Below are positions 55,908 through 64,000 of a stretch of 64,000 bases of DNA, one piece after another (position 1 is the first letter of the stretch; each line of letters starts with the position of its first letter). This DNA comes from an uncultured Enterobacteriaceae bacterium (GTDB lineage: Bacteria; Pseudomonadota; Gammaproteobacteria; Burkholderiales; SG8-39): NCBI GenBank assembly GCA_964461055.1, contig CAYWSG010000006.1, forward strand, positions 7,198 through 71,197. The letters run 5' to 3'. Made by a program: the position numbers and the translations under genes. The notes beneath the pieces are model-generated. The model saw nothing but the letters and a program-made list of their open reading frames with translations. It searched no databases and had not been told where the DNA came from.

Positions 55908-57170
55908 ATGAATGGTCTGCATCTCATCGGTGACCTCACCGGCTGCCGCTGCGACCCGCAGCTCCTTCTGGACGGCGAGCGCTTTCGCGCCAAGGTCCTC
56001 GACATGGTGGCCGCCTCTGGCCTCACCACCATGGACGCCAGCTTTCATCAGTTCGAGGGCTCCGGCTTCACGGGCACGGTCGTGCTCGCGGAGTCGCACC
56101 TCGCCATCCACACGTGGCCCGAGCGCCAGGGGCTCACGCTCGACGTCTACGTCTGCAACTACAGCGCGGACAACTCGGCCAAGGCGCGCAAGCTCTTCGA
56201 CCAGCTCGTCGAGCACTTCCAGCCCGCCGAGGTGGCCCGGCACGCCATCGACCGCGGCGAGCACCTGCTCATGGAAGAGCTGAGCGACACCACCGGCTTC
56301 TATGTCAAGGCGTCGCGGCAGCTCGGCGAGTGGCAGACGCGCTACCAGAAGATGGAGATCTACGACACCCCGCAGTACGGGAAGATCTTCCGCCTGGACG
56401 GCTACAACATGACCTCCGAGAAGGAGGAGTTCTTCTACCACGAGAACCTCGTGCACCCGGCGCTCACGGCTCACCCGGCGCCCAAGCGGGTGCTCGTCAT
56501 CGGCGGCGGCGACGGCGGCTCCTCCGAGGAGGCGCTCAAGCACCCCTCCGTGGAGCAGGTGACCATGGTGGAGATCGACGGCGACGTGATCCAGGTGGCG
56601 AAGGAGCACTTCCGGGCCGTGCACAACGGCGTCTTCGACAACCCGAAGCTGCGGGTGCTGATCGACGACGGGATGAAGTTCGTGCGGGAGACCCAGGAGA
56701 AGTTCGACCTGATCACGCTCGACCTGAACGATCCCATCGGCCCGGCGGCGGCGCTCTACTCGAGCGAGTTCTTCCACCAGCTGCGCCAGGCGCTCGCGCC
56801 CGGCGGCGCGCTCACGCTGCACCTTGGCACGCCGGTGGGGCAGCCGGAGCGGGTGGCCGAGCTCGCCCAGCGCCTGAACGCGATCTTCCGCATCGTGCGG
56901 GTGTACACGATGTACATCCCGCTCTACGGGTCGCTGTGGGCCATGGCGGTGTGCTCCGACAAGCTCGATCCCAAGGCCTTCACGGCCGACGAGATCGACC
57001 GGCGCATCGACCAGCGCGGCCTGCCGGACCTCAAGTTCTACAACGGCGAGACGCACGAGGGCGTGTTCGCGCTGCCCAACTACATCCGCGACCTGGTCAC
57101 CCCGGCGCGCTTGAAGCAGCCGGCGCGTGGGCGCCGGCTCGGGGTAGTCCGCACCGCCAAGTCCGCCTGA
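55908..57170 (+). CDS. fused S-adenosylmethionine decarboxylase proenzyme (class 1, SpeH-like) - spermidine synthase (SpeE-like)
   Basis: ATG at 55908, 7 nt after GGAGGG. N-terminal domain carries the self-cleavage region VVLAESHLAIHTWPE. C-terminal domain has VLVIGGGDGG and TLDLNDP. Confidence 0.85.
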   Translation: MNGLHLIGDLTGCRCDPQLLLDGERFRAKVLDMVAASGLTTMDASFHQFEGSGFTGTVVLAESHLAIHTWPERQGLTLDVYVCNYSADNSAKARKLFDQLVEHFQPAEVARHAIDRGEHLLMEELSDTTGFYVKASRQLGEWQTRYQKMEIYDTPQYGKIFRLDGYNMTSEKEEFFYHENLVHPALTAHPAPKRVLVIGGGDGGSSEEALKHPSVEQVTMVEIDGDVIQVAKEHFRAVHNGVFDNPKLRVLIDDGMKFVRETQEKFDLITLDLNDPIGPAAALYSSEFFHQLRQALAPGGALTLHLGTPVGQPERVAELAQRLNAIFRIVRVYTMYIPLYGSLWAMAVCSDKLDPKAFTADEIDRRIDQRGLPDLKFYNGETHEGVFALPNYIRDLVTPARLKQPARGRRLGVVRTAKSA

Positions 57171-57191
57171 AGCGATCAGCCGGCAGGAACC

Positions 57192-57222
57192 GAAAGGGCG
57201 CCTCAGGCGCCCTTTCTTTTTT
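57192..57222 (+). terminator. intrinsic terminator between convergent genes
   Basis: GAAAGGGCGCC-tca-GGCGCCCTTTC followed by TTTTTT. The A-rich 5' flank could allow weak bidirectional function. Confidence 0.7.
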
Positions 57223-57239
57223 CTGGACCCTCCTCGCCG

Positions 57240-58586
57240 CTAGGCGAGCGTTTTCAACGCCTGCCGGACGGTGTCGAAGATTCGGTCGATATGCGCCGGC
57301 TCGGCGATGAGCGGCGGGGCGAAGGCGAGCGTGTCGCCCGTGAACCGGAAAAGCACGCCCGCCTCGAAGGCCTTCAGGAAAACCTCGTAGGCGCGCTTCC
57401 CCGGCGCGCCGGGGCGCGGCTCGAGCTCGATCGCGCCCATGAGGCCGCAGTTGCGCGCATCGATCACGTGCGGCGCGTCCTTCAGGGCGTGCAGGGCGTC
57501 TTCGAACTGCTTCTCCAGGGTGGCCGCCCGCGTAAGCAGCCCCTCCTCGGCATACGTATCGAGGGTGGCGATGCCCGCGGCGCACGCGAGCGGGTGCCCG
57601 GAATAGGTGTAGCCGTGGAAAAGCTCGATGCCTTCGGGCCCTTGCATGAAGGCGTCGTAGAGCGTGTCCTTCACGAAGACCGCGCCCATGGGCACCGTGC
57701 CGTTCGTCATTCCCTTGGCGACCGTGAAGAGATCGGGCACGACGCCGAAGCGCTGCGACGCGAACGGCTGGCCGAGGCGTCCGAACCCGGTGATCACCTC
57801 GTCGAAGACGAGCAGGATGCCGTGCCGCGTGCAGATCTCGCGCAGGCGCTCGAGGTAGCCTTGCGGCGGAACGAGCACCCCGGCCGAGCCGGCAACCGGC
57901 TCGACGATGACGGCGGCGATGGTCGAAGGATCGTGGAAGGCGCAGAGCCGCTCGAGCTCGTCGGCAAACTCGGCGCCATGGACCGGCTGCCCCCTTGAAA
58001 AGGCGTTGCGCTGCAGGTCGTGGGTATGGCGGATGTGGTCGACGCCGGCGACGCCCGGGCCGAAGGACTTCCGGTTCGCCCCGATGCCTCCCACCGACAT
58101 GCCGCCGAAGTTGACGCCGTGGTAGCCGCGCTCGCGGCCGATCAGCCGGAAGCGTTGGCCCTCGCCGCGGGCACGGTGGTAGGCAAGCGCGATCTTGAGG
58201 GCCGTATCGGCCGACTCGGAGCCGGAATTGGTGAAGAAGACGCGCGAGTAGCCCTCGGGCGCAATCTGCGCAAGCCGCTCGGCGAACTGGAAGGCGATCG
58301 GGTGGCCCATCTGGAACGTGGGCGCGAAATCGAGCTCCGCCGCCTGCTTGCGGATCGCCTCGACGATCCGCGGCCGGCAGTGGCCGGCGTTGACGCACCA
58401 GAGGCCGGACTGGCCATCGAGGACCTGGCGGCCCTCCGCGGTCCAGTAGTACATCCCCTCGGCACGCGCGAGCAGGCGCGGCGCCTTCTTGAACTCCCGG
58501 TTGGCCGTATAGGGCATCCAGAAGGCGGAACTCTCGAGCCCGGCCCCGGCCGGCCGGGCGAGATCGGTGTCGGCGCGCTTGTTCAT
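57240..58586 (-). CDS. class III PLP aminotransferase (omega-amino acid/beta-alanine--pyruvate type)
   Basis: 448 aa with FTNSGSESADTA, FDEVITGFGR, and the PLP Lys in FTVAKGMTNG. Confidence 0.85.
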   Translation of the reverse strand: MNKRADTDLARPAGAGLESSAFWMPYTANREFKKAPRLLARAEGMYYWTAEGRQVLDGQSGLWCVNAGHCRPRIVEAIRKQAAELDFAPTFQMGHPIAFQFAERLAQIAPEGYSRVFFTNSGSESADTALKIALAYHRARGEGQRFRLIGRERGYHGVNFGGMSVGGIGANRKSFGPGVAGVDHIRHTHDLQRNAFSRGQPVHGAEFADELERLCAFHDPSTIAAVIVEPVAGSAGVLVPPQGYLERLREICTRHGILLVFDEVITGFGRLGQPFASQRFGVVPDLFTVAKGMTNGTVPMGAVFVKDTLYDAFMQGPEGIELFHGYTYSGHPLACAAGIATLDTYAEEGLLTRAATLEKQFEDALHALKDAPHVIDARNCGLMGAIELEPRPGAPGKRAYEVFLKAFEAGVLFRFTGDTLAFAPPLIAEPAHIDRIFDTVRQALKTLA

Positions 58587-58601
58587 GCGCCTAGCTTACG
58601 C

Positions 58602-59450
58602 TCAGCCGCTGTAGCCGACCACCTTCTGCCGCTGCTGCCCCAGGCCCTGGATGCCCAGGGTCACCACGTCTCCCGGGTTGAGGAAGACCGGGTTCGGCTT
58701 GATGCCCAGGCCGACCCCGGGCGGGGTACCCGTGCAGATGATGTCGCCCGGCAGCAGCGTCATGTAGTGGCTCACGTGCGAGACGATCTGCGCGACGTTG
58801 AAGATCATGTTCCTCGTGTTGCCCGACTGCATGCGCTTGCCGTTCACGTCGAGCCACAGGTCGAGGGTCTGAGGGTCGCGGATTTCGTCGGTCGTCACGA
58901 GCCAGGGTCCGATCGGCCCGGCGGTGTCGAAGCCCTTGCCCTTGTCCCATTGCGTCGTGGCCATCTGGAAGGCGCGCTCGGAGACGTCGTTCACGACGCA
59001 GTAGCCGGCCACGTGCTCGAGCGCCTCGGCTTCGGAGACGTATTTCGCCTGGGTGCCGATCACCACGCCGAGCTCCACCTCCCAGTCGAGCCGGGTGGAA
59101 TTCTTCGGCTGCACGATGTCGTCGTCCGGACCGCTGATGCAGGTGGTCGCCTTCAGGAAGACGATCGGCTCGGAAGGGATCGGCAGGCCCGCCTCGCGGG
59201 CATGGTCGGAGTAGTTGAGCCCGATGGCGACGAACTTGCCGATTCCGACGTACGGAACCCCGAAACGGGGGCGGCTGGTCACGAGCGGCAGCGTCTCGGG
59301 CTTGAGCCTCGCGAGCATCTTGAGCCCCCGCGGCGAAAGCTCGTTCGGGCCGATGGTGTCGACGACCTTGGAAAGGTCGCGCAGGCGCCCCTCGTCGTCG
59401 ATCATGCCGGGCTTCTCGTAGCCCGCCTTTCCGTAGCGGCACAGCTTCAT
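58602..59450 (-). CDS. fumarylacetoacetate hydrolase (FAH) family protein
   Basis: 282 aa with GLNYSDH, EVELGVVIG, GDIICTGTPPGVG. ATGA overlap with the SDR gene. Confidence 0.85.
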   Translation of the reverse strand: MKLCRYGKAGYEKPGMIDDEGRLRDLSKVVDTIGPNELSPRGLKMLARLKPETLPLVTSRPRFGVPYVGIGKFVAIGLNYSDHAREAGLPIPSEPIVFLKATTCISGPDDDIVQPKNSTRLDWEVELGVVIGTQAKYVSEAEALEHVAGYCVVNDVSERAFQMATTQWDKGKGFDTAGPIGPWLVTTDEIRDPQTLDLWLDVNGKRMQSGNTRNMIFNVAQIVSHVSHYMTLLPGDIICTGTPPGVGLGIKPNPVFLNPGDVVTLGIQGLGQQRQKVVGYSG

Positions 59451-60187
59451 ATGGTCATTCCCCCATCGATGGAGTAGGCGTTGCCTGTGGCGAAGAGCGA
59501 CTCGTCGGACGCGAGGTACACGACGATGCCGGTGATGTCGTCGACCGTGCCGAGCCGCCCCATGGGCTGGCGGGCGACGAAGTCCTTGCGCGCCTGGACG
59601 GGGTCCGGCTGCGCGTTGATGCGGCCCTGGAGCGACGGCGTGTCCACCGTGCCAGGCGCTACGGCGTTGCAGCGGATGCCCTGGCGCACGTAGTCGGCGG
59701 CGATCGCCTTGGTGAAGCCGATGACGGCGGCCTTCGTGGCGCCATAGACGAGCCGGTTGGGCAGGCCGCGGATCGAGGAGGCGATCGAGGCCATGTTGAT
59801 GATGGAGCCGCCGCCCCGGCGCAGCATTCCGGGAAGGAAGGCGCGCGTGACGAGGAACATGGAGCGCACGTTCACCTCGAAGCCGAGGTCCCAGTCCTCC
59901 GGCGTCGCATCGAGGATGGTGCCGTGCTGCACGATGCCGGCGCAGTTGAAGAGGATGTCGACGTCGCCGACTTCCTTTGCCGTGCGCTCGATGGCCTGCG
60001 CGTTCGTGGCGTCGAGAACGCGCGTCCGGATGCCGTTGCGCCCTTCGAGCTCCCCGAGCGGCAGCCCCCGCAGATCCGTCGCCCAGACGCTTGCGCCCTC
60101 GCGGGCGAAGGCGAGGGCGGTCGCGCGGCCGATGCCCTGCCCCGCCGCCGTGATGAACGCGACCTTCCCAGCCAGCCTGCCAGCCAT
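59447..60187 (-). CDS. SDR family NAD(P)-dependent oxidoreductase
   Basis: 246 aa with ITAAGQGIGRA, the YGATKAAV catalytic YxxxK, and NAVAPG. Confidence 0.9.
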   Translation of the reverse strand: MAGRLAGKVAFITAAGQGIGRATALAFAREGASVWATDLRGLPLGELEGRNGIRTRVLDATNAQAIERTAKEVGDVDILFNCAGIVQHGTILDATPEDWDLGFEVNVRSMFLVTRAFLPGMLRRGGGSIINMASIASSIRGLPNRLVYGATKAAVIGFTKAIAADYVRQGIRCNAVAPGTVDTPSLQGRINAQPDPVQARKDFVARQPMGRLGTVDDITGIVVYLASDESLFATGNAYSIDGGMTI

Positions 60188-60302
60188 GCGTGTTGCGCGC
60201 CTCCTGAGAGAAGGCCAGCGATTATAAGTGCGGGATCGCGGGCCTGGCTCCGCGCCCGCGCAAGTTCGTGTATCTTGCTGCGGCTATCGGAGCACTCTCT
60301 TG

Positions 60303-61853
60303 ATGGACCAGACGACTTCCATGCCGAGTGCCGCGCATCAGGAAGCAGAGCCCACCATCCGGCTTCATCCCGCCGACGACGTCGTGATCGCGCGAGTCGA
60401 CGTCCCGGCCGGCACGATGATCGCGGCAGAAGGCGTGCGCGCCAGCATGGCCGTGCCGGCCGGGCACAAGCTCGCCGTGCGCCCGGTGGCGCAGGGCCGG
60501 CCGGTGCGGCGCTACAACCAGATCATCGGCTTCGCCACCCGGGCCATCGCCCCCGGCGAGCACGTCCACGTGCACAACCTCGGCATGGGCGACTTCGAGC
60601 GCGACTACGCTTTCTGCGCCGACCGGAAGGGCACCGAGCGCTCGAGCGATCCGGCGACGTTCCAGGGCATCGTCCGCGCCGATGGCCGGGTCGCGACGCG
60701 CAATTACATTGGCATCCTGACGAGCGTCAACTGCTCGGCGACCGTCGCGCGCATGGTCGCCGATCACTTCCGGAACAACCTGCACGACTATCCGAACGTG
60801 GACGGCGTCGTTGCGCTCACCCACAAGACGGGCTGCGGCATGGCAAGCGAGGGGGAAGGGATGGAGCTCCTGCGCCGGACCATGACCGGATATGCCCGGC
60901 ACCCGAACTTCTTCGCCGTGCTCAATATCGGCCTCGGCTGCGAGGCGAACCAGATCCATTTCTGGCTTTCGGCCGCGAAGCTGAAGCGCTCGGACAAGCT
61001 GCAGACCTTCACCATCCAGGAGAAAGGCGGAACCACCCGGTCGGTCCGCGATGGCATTGCCCGGGTCAAGGAGCTCCTGCCGGAGGCGAACCGGGTGGTC
61101 CGCCAGCCGGTGCCGGCGAGCCACCTCATCCTCGGCCTCGAGTGCGGCGGCTCCGACGGCTACTCCGGCATCAGCGCGAATCCGGCGCTTGGTGCCGCGG
61201 CCGATCTCCTGGTGCGCCACGGCGGCACCGCCATCCTGTCCGAGACGCCCGAGATCTATGGCGCCGAGCATCTGCTGACCCGGCGCGCGGCCAGCAAGGT
61301 GGTGGGCGAGAAGCTCCTCGCCCGCATCCGCTGGTGGGAGGACTACACGCGCCGCAACGGCAACGAGATGGACAACAACCCCTCGCCGGGGAACAAGGCG
61401 GGCGGCCTGACGACGATCCTGGAGAAGTCGCTCGGCGCCGCCGCCAAGGGCGGCACCACCGACCTCGTCGAGGTCTACAAGTATGCCGAGAAGGTGGAGG
61501 CACGGGGCCTCGTCTTCATGGACACCCCGGGCTATGACCCCGTCTCGGTGACCGGCCATGTCGCCGGCGGGGCGAACGTCGTGTGCTTCACCACCGGGCG
61601 CGGTTCGGTATTCGGCTGCAAGCCCGTCCCCTCCCTCAAGCTGGCGACGAACACCCGGCTCTACCGGCACATGGAAGAAGACATGGACGTCAATTGCGGC
61701 ACGATCGTCGACGGCTCGGAGTCGGTCGAGCAGGCGGGCCGCCGCATCTTCGACCTGATCCTCGAGACTGCCTCGGGAAAGCGGACCAAGTCGGAGCTTC
61801 TCGGCTTCGGCGAGGACGAGTTCGCGCCCTGGGTCGTCGGCGCGACGATGTAG
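60303..61853 (+). CDS. full-length UxaA/GarD family sugar-acid dehydratase (altronate/galactarate dehydratase type)
   Basis: ORF 60228-61853 trimmed to MDQTTSMPS, 516 aa. N-terminal SAF (VPAGHKLAVRPVAQG) plus GD_AH_C (LECGGSDGYSG, GGLTTILEKSLGA). Confidence 0.85.
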   Translation: MDQTTSMPSAAHQEAEPTIRLHPADDVVIARVDVPAGTMIAAEGVRASMAVPAGHKLAVRPVAQGRPVRRYNQIIGFATRAIAPGEHVHVHNLGMGDFERDYAFCADRKGTERSSDPATFQGIVRADGRVATRNYIGILTSVNCSATVARMVADHFRNNLHDYPNVDGVVALTHKTGCGMASEGEGMELLRRTMTGYARHPNFFAVLNIGLGCEANQIHFWLSAAKLKRSDKLQTFTIQEKGGTTRSVRDGIARVKELLPEANRVVRQPVPASHLILGLECGGSDGYSGISANPALGAAADLLVRHGGTAILSETPEIYGAEHLLTRRAASKVVGEKLLARIRWWEDYTRRNGNEMDNNPSPGNKAGGLTTILEKSLGAAAKGGTTDLVEVYKYAEKVEARGLVFMDTPGYDPVSVTGHVAGGANVVCFTTGRGSVFGCKPVPSLKLATNTRLYRHMEEDMDVNCGTIVDGSESVEQAGRRIFDLILETASGKRTKSELLGFGEDEFAPWVVGATM

Positions 61854-61855
61854 CG

Positions 61856-62050
61856 ATGCGCCTTCTCATCGCCATCTTCCTCCCCTGGCTTCTCTTCTTC
61901 ACGATCGGGAGGCCGATCGCGGGGCTCTTCTGCCTTCTGCTGCAGCTCACCCTCATCGGCTGGCTGCCCGCCGCGCTCTGGGCCGTCTACGCGCTGTCGC
62001 AGTACCGCACGGACCGGAAGATCGAGCAGGCCCTCGGCAAGCGGGAATAG
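61856..62050 (+). CDS. YqaE/Pmp3-like small membrane protein
   Basis: 64 aa, MRLLIAIFLPWLLFF...LIGWLPAALWAVYAL, with two TM helices. Starts 2 nt after the UxaA stop. Confidence 0.6.
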   Translation: MRLLIAIFLPWLLFFTIGRPIAGLFCLLLQLTLIGWLPAALWAVYALSQYRTDRKIEQALGKRE

Positions 62051-62052
62051 CC

Positions 62053-62829
62053 TTGGCTCGCCGGCCGCGCTTCTACGTCGAGCGGGCCTTGCGCGCGGGC
62101 GCCACGGCGCAGCTTTCGGAAGAGGCGAGCCATCACGCAATGCGGGTGCTGCGCCTGCGCGGCGGAGATGGCGTGACGCTCTTCGACGGCTCGGGCGGCG
62201 AATACGAGGGGACCATCTCGTCGGTCGGAAGGTCGGCGGTCACGGTGGCCGTGGAGCGGCACGTCCCGGTCGAGCGCGAGTCGCCGCTGCGCGTCTGGCT
62301 CGTGCAGGGCATCTCTTCCGGCGAGCGCATGGAATTCACCATCCGCAAGGCGGTGGAGCTCGGCGTGGACGAGATCGTTCCCGTGCTCGCCGCCGGATCC
62401 GTCGCGAGGCCGAAAGGCGAGCGCGCGGCCGCCCGGCAGGGCCATTGGCAGAAGATCGCCATCTCCGCGTGCGAGCAGTGTGGCCGCAATGCGGTTCCCA
62501 CCGTGCGTCCGCTGGCGCCCTTGACGAGCTTGCGTCAATGGCCGGCCGACGCGACGAAGATCGTCCTTTCGCCGCGCGCCGCATCCCGGTTCACGGAGGT
62601 CGTGGGGTTCCGCTGCCCGAAGGGGACCGAGAGCGACAAGCAGATTGCCAACCAGACAGCCGCCTTCGTCATCGCAGCCGGCCCGGAGGCGGGCTTCAAT
62701 GAGGACGAGGAGGCGTTCCTGGTGCGCTCGGGCTTCCGGCCGGCGAGCCTCGGGCCGCGCGTGCTGCGCACCGAGACGGCCGGGCTCGCGGCGCTCGCCG
62801 CGCTCAGCGCGTTGCGGGGAGACTTCTAG
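62053..62829 (+). CDS. rsmE: 16S rRNA (uracil1498-N3)-methyltransferase
   Basis: 258 aa with a TTG start. Motifs PRFYV, AAGPEAGF, LGPRVLRTETA. Confidence 0.85.
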   Translation: MARRPRFYVERALRAGATAQLSEEASHHAMRVLRLRGGDGVTLFDGSGGEYEGTISSVGRSAVTVAVERHVPVERESPLRVWLVQGISSGERMEFTIRKAVELGVDEIVPVLAAGSVARPKGERAAARQGHWQKIAISACEQCGRNAVPTVRPLAPLTSLRQWPADATKIVLSPRAASRFTEVVGFRCPKGTESDKQIANQTAAFVIAAGPEAGFNEDEEAFLVRSGFRPASLGPRVLRTETAGLAALAALSALRGDF

Positions 62830-63454
62830 CGAGGCGCTCGGCGAGCGCGGCGTTCTTGTTGGCCCGCGCGAGATCGAGCGCGGTGCGGCCTTGCGCATCG
62901 CGCGCCGAAACGTTGACGCCCTTGCCGATCAGGTAGAGCTCGACGGCCAGCGCGTCGTCGCGACGGACGGCGTCGAGAAACTGCCCCTCGTCGTAGTAGC
63001 GAAGGCCCATGGCCGCAAGGTCCTTGCGCGCCTGGAGCGCGCGCCCGGCATCTGGCATCGGGTCGGCCGGCGCACGAGCCGCCTCGCGGCGGGCAGCCGC
63101 GGCGAGATTGCGGGCGATGGCGGCCACCCGCTCCTTCTGCTGCGGCGGCAGGCCGGTCGTCGCGTCTTCGAAGAGCCCGGAGAACGCACGGTTCGCCTCG
63201 GGATTGCGGCCCGAGAGCAGCTCGTCGATCGCCCGGGCGCTCGCCCGCGGATCGTCCGAGCGGGACGCCGCGCTCACGAAGAGCTCGACGAGCGTGAGGG
63301 CGTGCCCGAAGGCCTGGTCCTCCTCCTCGGCGGCGGCCGTCTCATTTCCGGGCGCGGCCGCTTCGCCGGTCGCGCTCCCCGCGCCGGCGGCGCAGGCGGC
63401 CGATCCGATGATGGCGAGGCTCAGCAGTGCGACAAGTCCGCGGATCGGCTTCAT
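62804..63454 (-). CDS. ankyrin-repeat lipoprotein
   Basis: ORF trimmed to MKPIRGLVALLSLAIIGSAAC (lipobox). C-terminal ankyrin consensus GVNVSARDAQGRTALDLA. Convergent 26-nt overlap with rsmE. Confidence 0.65.
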   Translation of the reverse strand: MKPIRGLVALLSLAIIGSAACAAGAGSATGEAAAPGNETAAAEEEDQAFGHALTLVELFVSAASRSDDPRASARAIDELLSGRNPEANRAFSGLFEDATTGLPPQQKERVAAIARNLAAAARREAARAPADPMPDAGRALQARKDLAAMGLRYYDEGQFLDAVRRDDALAVELYLIGKGVNVSARDAQGRTALDLARANKNAALAERLARSLPATR

Positions 63455-63543
63455 GGAATGACCTCCTCGGCAAAGCATAACTCGGACCCGCACGCCGGAG
63501 TTCTGCCTATAGAATTTGCAAAAACTACACGCCGCCGGGACCG

Positions 63544-64000
63544 ATGACCGATTCCCCGCAACAGCAGGAAGCCTTCGTGCGCTGGCTGCGCCAGGTGACG
63601 CCGTACGTGCATGCGTTCCGCGGCCGCACCTTCGTCATCGCGTTCGGCGGCGAGATCTTCGCCGAGCGCACGCGCTTCACGAGCTTCGTGCACGACATCA
63701 ACGTGCTCGCGGCGCTCGGCATCCGCCTCGTGCTCGTCCACGGCGCGCGCCCGCAGATCGAGGCGGAGCTGAAGGCACGGGGCGTACGCTCGCGGTACTC
63801 CCACGGATTGCGCGTGACCGACGAAGTCGCCCTCATCGCCGTTAAGGAGGCGGTAGGCGTGCTGCGGGTGGAGCTCGAGGCTCTTCTCTCGCAGGGACTG
63901 CCGAGCTCGCCCATGGCGGGCGCGCAGATTCGCGTCGCCTCGGGCAACTTCCTGACCGCACGCCCCATCGGCGTGCTGAAGGGCACCGACTTCCAGTACA
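63544..64000 (+). CDS. argA: amino-acid N-acetyltransferase (N-acetylglutamate synthase), 5' partial
   Basis: My own translation from ATG 63544, open to the window edge and so absent from the ORF track: MTDSPQQQEAFVRWLRQVTPYVHAFRGRTFVIAFGGE...LVLVHGARPQIE (amino-acid kinase domain). Confidence 0.85.
   Translation, partial: MTDSPQQQEAFVRWLRQVTPYVHAFRGRTFVIAFGGEIFAERTRFTSFVHDINVLAALGIRLVLVHGARPQIEAELKARGVRSRYSHGLRVTDEVALIAVKEAVGVLRVELEALLSQGLPSSPMAGAQIRVASGNFLTARPIGVLKGTDFQY

Noticed and set aside
63508-63515. TATAGAAT upstream of argA as a promoter -10 or ARG box
   Set aside because: The hexamer is a plausible -10, but there is no matching -35 and no convincing ARG-box palindrome. The evidence is insufficient for a feature call.
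1-64000. CRISPR arrays, rRNA/tRNA genes, IS elements, integrases, prophage or defence-system genes
   Set aside because: No regularly spaced direct repeats were seen. No intergenic gap has tRNA-like structure, and no ORF shows transposase, integrase or nuclease/ATPase defence hallmarks by eye.

Overview
High-GC, densely coding proteobacterial chromosome segment with about 60 CDS. The three Bug/TctC-type binding proteins hint at a Betaproteobacteria-like host, which cannot be proven from this window. By eye I found no rRNA, tRNA, CRISPR array, transposase or integrase. Layout: (i) 76-14591 is an accessory catabolic island. It mixes sulfolactate/sulfopyruvate-type enzymes (Ldh_2/ComC-like dehydrogenase, split ComD/ComE decarboxylase, a SuyA/SuyB-like split UxaA pair) with a complete but split succinate-dehydrogenase-like complex, a two-subunit class-I-fumarase/tartrate-dehydratase-like Fe-S hydro-lyase, TAXI-TRAP and Bug uptake components, and a signal-less Cys-type sulfatase. 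(ii) 14637-19915 holds PhoD, a small lipoprotein and the core block tsaC-purE-purC-fba. (iii) About 28 kb of accessory genes (19.9-47.8 kb) follow: an NlpC/P60 lipoprotein, an ABC-2/GldG-like/DUF4340 cluster, an EF-G paralogue, and two long uncharacterised catabolic operons associated with paralogous TetR regulators and AT-rich palindromic operator candidates. (iv) The core block pyk-yjbQ-maoC-like-pgk-gap-tkt comes next, then nudC, a fused AdoMetDC-spermidine synthase, an omega-aminotransferase, a FAH/SDR/UxaA sugar-acid set, rsmE, an ankyrin lipoprotein and the 5' end of argA. The most novel-looking signal is island (i). Its enzymes read like the succinate->fumarate->malate->oxaloacetate series re-tooled for an isosteric sulfonate (for example 3-sulfopropanoate -> 3-sulfoacrylate -> 3-sulfolactate -> 3-sulfopyruvate). 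This is inference from family membership and gene order only. All product calls come from motif recognition by eye; no database search was run. Many true starts are GTG/TTG/CTG and many ORF-track entries are antisense artefacts of high GC.
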